The translations under genes and the position numbers were made by a program. Below are positions 58,086 to 64,000 of a DNA stretch of 64,000 bases, in pieces; within the stretch, counting starts at the first letter, position 1, and every line of letters starts with the position of its first letter. Source of the stretch: Candidatus Nealsonbacteria bacterium (GTDB lineage Bacteria > Patescibacteriota > Minisyncoccia > Minisyncoccales > MHMH01); contig JACPGX010000001.1 of NCBI GenBank assembly GCA_016188865.1, forward strand, positions 77,197 to 141,196, read 5' to 3'. A model generated the notes under the pieces. It worked only from the letters and a program-made list of their open reading frames with translations. It ran no database searches and was not told the DNA's origin.

Positions 58086-59659
58086 GCCAATTGTTTTTCT
58101 AATTCATCCCAATTGATGACTGATGCGGCTTTTTGGAATTGATCGCCGGAAAAGTAAACCTTTTGATAGATTTCTTTAAGTTTAGTGAAAATTTTTTGCC
58201 CCTCCGGGGTGGATTTTTCTGCCTTTTCAATATGCGGCCACCATTTTTTGGGAAAGCCGACATACATAGCAAAAGTTTTCATTAGGCCATCGATCGCTTC
58301 TCTGCTTAATTGGGGCATATTTAAAAGAGAGGAAGCGGTAGTGTGGGTGGTCATCGCCTCTGGGTCAAGGTATCCTTTTTGGATAGCTTCCTCCCTTAAT
58401 TTGCTGCCATGATATGGAGTAAAAATGCTGACAGTCAAACTGTCGTAACCTGATAATTGACGATTGAAATCAATGGTTTCGAAAATCAGCTCTCTGGTTT
58501 CGTCCGGAAACCCAATCATATTATTGATGCTGAAGGGAATTCTGCTTTTCTTAAGAATTTCCATGCTCCTCAAAATTTCTTCGTTGGAACCAAAACGTTT
58601 CAGTTTGTTCTTCCTGAATTCTTCGTTACCGCACTCTACGCCAATAGACATTCTGTAGCAGTTCATTTTTTTTAATAAATCAGCTTTTTCTTCGGTAATC
58701 GTTTCCGGCCTTGTATTCATCCAAAAAGGTATGTTGAATTCCTGATATTTTTCGGCAAATTCTTTAAGTTCCTCCATGGGTCTGGCTAAAAATGTGTCAT
58801 CGATAATATAAAGCAGTTCCGGACTGTATTCTCTGACAAAATATCTTATTTCCTCCATTAATCTGCCGATGCTTTTTCTTCTTAAAAAAATTTCTCCTTT
58901 GCTATCGCGGTAAACTTTGCTCCACATCGGCGAATCGCAAAAAGTGCACTGATACGGGCAGCCTCGAGCTGTTTCCAACGGCACGGTTTTTAAAATTTTA
59001 CCGCCCATTGGCCGATAAAAACGAACTTTTTCAAATAAACTAAAATCCGGCATAAATTCATTAATATCTACTAAAGAAGCTATGGGATTTTTAATAATTG
59101 CGCCGTCTTCTTTTTTAACCCAAGTATTGAGAACATTCTGAATATCTTCGTAACGTTCGCCGTTCCTCATCCTCTGGGCCAGCTCAAGCGCCGTTTTTTC
59201 GCCCTCCCCCCAGCCAATCATTTTAATTTGGGGGTAAGAAATGGCCTTTTCCGGAGCAGCTGTAATAAAAACGCCGCCGACAATATGCGGTATATTCTTT
59301 TCTTTAATTGCGTTCAGCAATCTGATGCCCTGCAAAAAAGCATCCTCCAGCGCGGAAACTAGCAATAAATCCGGCTTAAAAGATTCGACTTTTTTTACAA
59401 AACTTCCAATAAGGTCTTTTCTCATTTCGAAACCAAGATCTTTTGCGTAAGAAAACTTACGGGCCTGCAAATATTCCACTCTTTTTAACGGAGAAATAGG
59501 AGCATTCTCTTCGTACAAAGTAGCGTCAAACAAATCGAGTTCAAAGCCTTCATTTTTGAGAATGGATGTAAAAAGGCCTATGGCGCCGGGCAAAACAAGC
59601 ATGCCCGGTATGTTCGGATAAACCAAAAGTATTTTAAACTTTTTATTGTTTTCTTCCAT
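58082..59659 (-). CDS. B12-binding radical SAM protein
   Basis: N-terminal cobalamin-binding-type domain (VGG, GEGE), RGCPYQCTFC. Confidence 0.88.
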   Translation of the reverse strand: MEENNKKFKILLVYPNIPGMLVLPGAIGLFTSILKNEGFELDLFDATLYEENAPISPLKRVEYLQARKFSYAKDLGFEMRKDLIGSFVKKVESFKPDLLLVSALEDAFLQGIRLLNAIKEKNIPHIVGGVFITAAPEKAISYPQIKMIGWGEGEKTALELAQRMRNGERYEDIQNVLNTWVKKEDGAIIKNPIASLVDINEFMPDFSLFEKVRFYRPMGGKILKTVPLETARGCPYQCTFCDSPMWSKVYRDSKGEIFLRRKSIGRLMEEIRYFVREYSPELLYIIDDTFLARPMEELKEFAEKYQEFNIPFWMNTRPETITEEKADLLKKMNCYRMSIGVECGNEEFRKNKLKRFGSNEEILRSMEILKKSRIPFSINNMIGFPDETRELIFETIDFNRQLSGYDSLTVSIFTPYHGSKLREEAIQKGYLDPEAMTTHTTASSLLNMPQLSREAIDGLMKTFAMYVGFPKKWWPHIEKAEKSTPEGQKIFTKLKEIYQKVYFSGDQFQKAASVINWDELEKQLA

Positions 59660-59667
59660 AATTACTT

Positions 59668-61170
59668 TTAAAAATATTTTTCCCGATAAATCTTTTTATA
59701 TTCTTCAAAAATCCCGTTGCCTTCTTCATCAAATTTTTCGGCAATTTTTATCCTTGGCCATTCTGATTTCGGGAACCTGATATAAAGAGAAAATGTTCTT
59801 TGAAGGCCTTTTAATTCTTCGTAGCTTATTGAGGCCATTTTTAATCTAACGCCATCTGTAACGTTATGGACTTTAGCATTCTCGTCAAGGTATCCTTTCT
59901 CAAGGCAGTATTCTCGCAAAGGCGTACCCCTGTAAGGAACAAACATGCTGCAGTTAATGGTCCGGGGATTCAATTGGCGGTTCAGCTCAATGGTGTCAAA
60001 AATCAAGTCTCTCGTTTCTTCTGGAAACCCGATAATATTATTGGCGGTATAAGGAATTTGGTATTTTTCAACCAGCCTGATGCCGCGCACTATTTGTTCG
60101 TTTGAACCGTAGCGATGCAAAACTCTGCCCCTAAATTCTTCATTGCCATGCTCAATGCCAAAATTCATGGAATCTACGCCCATTTCTTTTAAAATTTCTA
60201 GCTTTTGTTCGGTAATGGTTTCCGGCCTTGTTTGCGCCCAAAATGGCAAATGAATCCTCTTTTTATATTCTCCGGCAAACTCTTTTAATTCTTCTATGGG
60301 TTTTGCCAGAAATGTTTCTGAATTAAAATTGATATAATCCGGCCGGTATTTTTTTGCCAAATATTCAAGTTCCGCCATTACCCGGGGAATTTTTTTTCTC
60401 CTATAATAAGAGCCGCATCCTTCTTTTATGAAAAAATTGCTTAAAACCGGGGCTGCGCAGTAAGCGCATTGATTGGGACAACCCCTGTCTATTTCAACGT
60501 GAATCATTGTGTAAATTTTACCGAACATCGGTCTGCCAAGGCGTTCTCTGCCCCAAATTTCGTAATCAATATACGGCAAAGCATCGATATTCTGCAGCCC
60601 TCTTAAGGGATTTTTGACAATTTTACCGCCCTGCCTGCCGGCAGGCAGGTCTTTTTTAATCCAAATGTTCTTAATATTGGAATAATCTTCGCCTCTTTCA
60701 ATTTTTTGGCAAAGTTCAATCAAGGTTTCTTCTCCCTCGCCAAGGCAAACCATATCAATATCTGGATGAGAAATAATTTCCTCCGGGGCGGCTGTCACTA
60801 ACACGCCGCCGGCAATAACCGGAATATCAAAATCTTTTGCAACGCTCAGCAAAGATTTGGCTAATTCCCAAGTATCCTCTACGAGAGTAAAACCTATTAA
60901 ATCAGGCTGAAATTTAGAAATCTTTTTTCTTAAATCGTCGTAAATATTATTTTTTTTCAGTTCCAATCCTTTATCGATCAAATTAAAGGGTTTTATTTGC
61001 AGTAATTCCACTCTTTTTTGTTCAGAACTAACTTCCTCGGTTTTATAAAAAGTGGTGTCAAATAAATCAACTTCAAAGCCTTTTTCTTTCAGACAAGCAG
61101 AAAGTTGAGATAAGTTAATCGGCACCAAAGTCGAAGCCATGGTATTGGGATAAATAAATAATACTTTCAT
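59668..61170 (-). CDS. B12-binding radical SAM protein (paralog)
   Basis: AGG, GEGE, RGCPNQCAYC. Confidence 0.88.
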   Translation of the reverse strand: MKVLFIYPNTMASTLVPINLSQLSACLKEKGFEVDLFDTTFYKTEEVSSEQKRVELLQIKPFNLIDKGLELKKNNIYDDLRKKISKFQPDLIGFTLVEDTWELAKSLLSVAKDFDIPVIAGGVLVTAAPEEIISHPDIDMVCLGEGEETLIELCQKIERGEDYSNIKNIWIKKDLPAGRQGGKIVKNPLRGLQNIDALPYIDYEIWGRERLGRPMFGKIYTMIHVEIDRGCPNQCAYCAAPVLSNFFIKEGCGSYYRRKKIPRVMAELEYLAKKYRPDYINFNSETFLAKPIEELKEFAGEYKKRIHLPFWAQTRPETITEQKLEILKEMGVDSMNFGIEHGNEEFRGRVLHRYGSNEQIVRGIRLVEKYQIPYTANNIIGFPEETRDLIFDTIELNRQLNPRTINCSMFVPYRGTPLREYCLEKGYLDENAKVHNVTDGVRLKMASISYEELKGLQRTFSLYIRFPKSEWPRIKIAEKFDEEGNGIFEEYKKIYREKYF

Positions 61171-61946
61171 TATTGCTTGTATTGAGTTATCAGTTTATCT
61201 TTCTCCATTAATTCTTCAACTTTAGCTAAATCTGCGGGCGTATCCACGCACTGAGTTTCATAATCCTCCAAAACCATCTTAACCTTGTACCCGTGTTCTA
61301 AAAACCTATTCATGTCGATTGATTCAACTTTTTCTAAGGGAGTGGGCTCCAATTGATTGAATTTTAAAAGACCCTCCCGACTGAACGGCATAATGCAAAC
61401 TTGCTTCAACTTCGGTATGTCTTCTTCTTTGGCTCCTTTTTTCCTGGAAGGAATTGGCTCTCTGGAGAAATAAAGCGCGAAATTTTCTCGGTCCACCACC
61501 ACCTTGGGACAATTCGGGTCGTTGTGCTCTTCAATGCTCTTAATGGGAGCCATCAAGTTGACCGAGACGATGGCAGAATCGGCCAGTATCGGCTTGATTG
61601 CCATATCAATCATTTCCGGAAAAACCATTGGCTCATCGCCTTGGACCATGACTATTGCGTCAACCTTTTTGCCAGTTTGTTCTTCAATTTTAAACATGGC
61701 TTCAGCTGTCCTATCGGAAGCCCTCTCGTGGGTGTCCTTGGTCATAATGCAGGGAGCGCTAATTGATTTGGCATAGTCTTCAATTTCTTTATCGCACGTA
61801 GCAATATAAACCTCATTCAAGGTTTTAGCCATCTTACTGCGGAAATAAACGTGGCCGACCATGGGTATGCCCAAAATCTTGGCTAAGGGCTTGCCCGGAA
61901 ATCTGCTTGACCCCATCCGGGCCGGAATAATAGCGATAATGTTCAT
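61170..61946 (-). CDS. kdsB: KdsB-like cytidylyltransferase
   Basis: IPARMGSSRFPGKPL, VQGDEP, ALYFSR, VDTP.D. Confidence 0.85.
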   Translation of the reverse strand: MNIIAIIPARMGSSRFPGKPLAKILGIPMVGHVYFRSKMAKTLNEVYIATCDKEIEDYAKSISAPCIMTKDTHERASDRTAEAMFKIEEQTGKKVDAIVMVQGDEPMVFPEMIDMAIKPILADSAIVSVNLMAPIKSIEEHNDPNCPKVVVDRENFALYFSREPIPSRKKGAKEEDIPKLKQVCIMPFSREGLLKFNQLEPTPLEKVESIDMNRFLEHGYKVKMVLEDYETQCVDTPADLAKVEELMEKDKLITQYKQ

Positions 61947-61970
61947 ATTTTTAATTTAAAGGTTTATATT

Positions 61971-62900
61971 TTAATTACTATGTTTCTCTAATTCATCGAT
62001 GGCATTTTTAATAGTGTTTTCATGCACCATTTTCCAAGCAACTGCGCCGGCATTGGCATTGTGCGGAGACAGAATGACATTGGACATTTTCTTCAGGGGG
62101 TTATCTTCTGCCAACGGCTCATCTTCAAAAACGTCAAGTCCGGCACCGGCTATCTTTTTATTCTCCAGCGCTTCAATCAAAGCTTTCTCGTCAACCACCG
62201 GTCCACGAGAAGTATTTATTAAATAAGCGGTCGATTTCATTAACACCAATCTTTCTTTATTAATCAAATGGCGACTCGTTGGATTAAGATCGCAATTTAA
62301 GCTGACAAAATCAGATTCTTTGAGTAGCTGCTCCAGAGGAACAAGGTCGTACTCTGGCACTTCTTTAATATCATTAGCTAGCACTCTCATGCCAAACGCT
62401 TGCGCTCTTTTAATTACGGCCTTGCCGACATTCCCCACCCCGATGACTCCGATAGTCAGTTCGTTCAAGGCATGGCCGAGTTGTTTTGACCAAATCCCCT
62501 GCTTCATTTCTTTATCCAGTTCCAAAATTTTTCGAGTAAAACAAAGCATAATGCCGAAAACAGTATCAGCCACGGGGTCGGTAAAAGCATTTGGGGTATT
62601 CCTAACTGCAATACCGAGTCTGGCAGCAGCTGTTTTATCAATGGCGTCTATGCCGGTACCCCATTTTGAAACTACTTTTAACTTTGGAGCCGCCAACAAA
62701 ACCTTTTCGGTAATTTCGTCGTTTCCGGCAATGATTCCATCAATATCTTTCACGTATTGCAAAAGTTCGCTCTCAGAGAGTCTTTCTTTCAGGGGCGGAA
62801 CAATGGTTTCAATCTGGTGTGAATTAAAAATTTCCCGATATTCTTCAATTATCGGCTGTAAATATGGGGCTGTCACTAAAACTTTGTACTTATAACTCAT
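61971..62900 (-). CDS. D-isomer-specific 2-hydroxyacid dehydrogenase (SerA-like)
   Basis: GVGNVG, INTSRG, DVFEDEP, SPHNA. Confidence 0.88.
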   Translation of the reverse strand: MSYKYKVLVTAPYLQPIIEEYREIFNSHQIETIVPPLKERLSESELLQYVKDIDGIIAGNDEITEKVLLAAPKLKVVSKWGTGIDAIDKTAAARLGIAVRNTPNAFTDPVADTVFGIMLCFTRKILELDKEMKQGIWSKQLGHALNELTIGVIGVGNVGKAVIKRAQAFGMRVLANDIKEVPEYDLVPLEQLLKESDFVSLNCDLNPTSRHLINKERLVLMKSTAYLINTSRGPVVDEKALIEALENKKIAGAGLDVFEDEPLAEDNPLKKMSNVILSPHNANAGAVAWKMVHENTIKNAIDELEKHSN

Positions 62901-63529
62901 AGTTTTATTAACACTGCTCTGGCTGGGGAAGCTTCTGTGCCTATTATTTTAATAGGCAGACAAATTAATTGATAAATGCCGGGCTTGACTGCCGACAAAT
63001 TAAGCCCTTCTAAAACTATAACTTTATTCTTAAGAAGAATCTGATGGGTTTCATAAGTTCTGCCGAATGGAGCTATTGATAGGTAATCATTCCCAACCAG
63101 CTTAATTTTATGGTCCACAAGCCATTGGGCAGCATTAGGGGCAAGGGCTACAAACTTTTTTTGAAATACCAGTTTTTTCTTCGCCCAGAAATCTGAATTG
63201 GATGTTTTAAATAATAAACGGCTTGTGCTTTTAGACAGATGAATTTTTTCTAAATCTCCAGCTGTAATAATTTTTACTTTAGGCAAAAAAGCTACAAGTA
63301 CCGGCCCCATCATTGTTTCAATCGCCAGTTTATCCAAAGTAATGCCTCCTTTAATGCAGTGCAGAGGGCTGTCAATATGGGTGCCAGTATGAAGATTCAT
63401 ATTAACTTCCGTTTCAGTCCATAGGTCTCCTTTAGCAAAACCGGAGACCAGTTTAAAATCCGGCCTGATGCTTTTGGACCAGACGGGCATTTTTTCTGCA
63501 ATTGGCACTGAAATATCTATAATTTTCAT
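62897..63529 (-). CDS. Cyclase/kynurenine formamidase family protein; start at MKIIDIS
   Basis: HTGTHIDSPLH, EASPARAV. Confidence 0.85.
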   Translation of the reverse strand: MKIIDISVPIAEKMPVWSKSIRPDFKLVSGFAKGDLWTETEVNMNLHTGTHIDSPLHCIKGGITLDKLAIETMMGPVLVAFLPKVKIITAGDLEKIHLSKSTSRLLFKTSNSDFWAKKKLVFQKKFVALAPNAAQWLVDHKIKLVGNDYLSIAPFGRTYETHQILLKNKVIVLEGLNLSAVKPGIYQLICLPIKIIGTEASPARAVLIKL

Positions 63530-64000
63530 TATGGTTTTAATATTATTTTTAGATGCCTTGCTGTTTTTTGCAATTTCCAAGCCTGCGAAAATTCTTCCAG
63601 CGGCATGATTTTCTCGGTAAAAGCTGCCGTATCAATTTTCGGCAGTAAATTAAGGGCCTCATCAAAATCATCCCTATCCCCTCCGACAGAACCGATAATA
63701 AGTTTTTCCTTGCCGGTTAGATCTTCAAAATTATAATTGATATTCCCATAGGGGAAGCCCAGCAGTAAAATAGCGGCATCTGTTTTGGTTTCTCGTAAAA
63801 CCTGCTCTAAAATTTCTCTTGAGCCGGTAGCTTCAATTATCACATCAAACCTCTTGAGGTTGGCGATGTCGCGTGATAAATTTTTAACTTTGCTTTTCAA
63901 AATTTCCAATCTATTTTTATTCTTATCAAAAATCGTTACTTCATAACCTTTATTTGACAATACTTGAGAACACAGATTACCAATGGGACCGGCTCCGATA
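63529..64000 (-). CDS. Zinc-binding (MDR) dehydrogenase, 5' partial
   Basis: IGAGPIG at the window edge, FDVIIEATG. Confidence 0.8.
   Translation of the reverse strand, partial: IGAGPIGNLCSQVLSNKGYEVTIFDKNKNRLEILKSKVKNLSRDIANLKRFDVIIEATGSREILEQVLRETKTDAAILLLGFPYGNINYNFEDLTGKEKLIIGSVGGDRDDFDEALNLLPKIDTAAFTEKIMPLEEFSQAWKLQKTARHLKIILKP

Overview
A 64 kb AT-rich bacterial window whose gene style suggests Patescibacteria/Parcubacteria (inference, from the stand-alone intron-bearing 23S-5S unit, the sigma4/HARE-HTH protein, the VirD4-like ATPase with CxxC-x17-CxxC, and core genes without Shine-Dalgarno sites). It holds cell-wall and housekeeping genes (ftsQ, FemAB family, murF, serS, lysS, greA, mrdA-mreCD, rnhA, pgk, secD-metK-secF, secA, murB), a 23S rRNA with two group I introns encoding LAGLIDADG nucleases, an NAD salvage island (pncA, NAD kinase, pncB), a polyamine plus larEBC operon, a RelE-type toxin-antitoxin pair and a surface-glycan locus with two B12-type radical SAM enzymes. 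The most notable observations are: (1) two paralogous, independently promoted structured ncRNA candidates flanking the TA pair; (2) a RAYT transposase beside tandem promoter-cargo-terminator-REP cassettes, with related palindromes spread through the window, several in-frame inside genes; (3) arginine decarboxylase, DHS-like enzyme and agmatinase coupled to larEBC with no larA nearby; (4) the 23S rRNA lacks about 56 nt including the A-loop, which may be an assembly artefact. All calls were made by eye, with no database searches.
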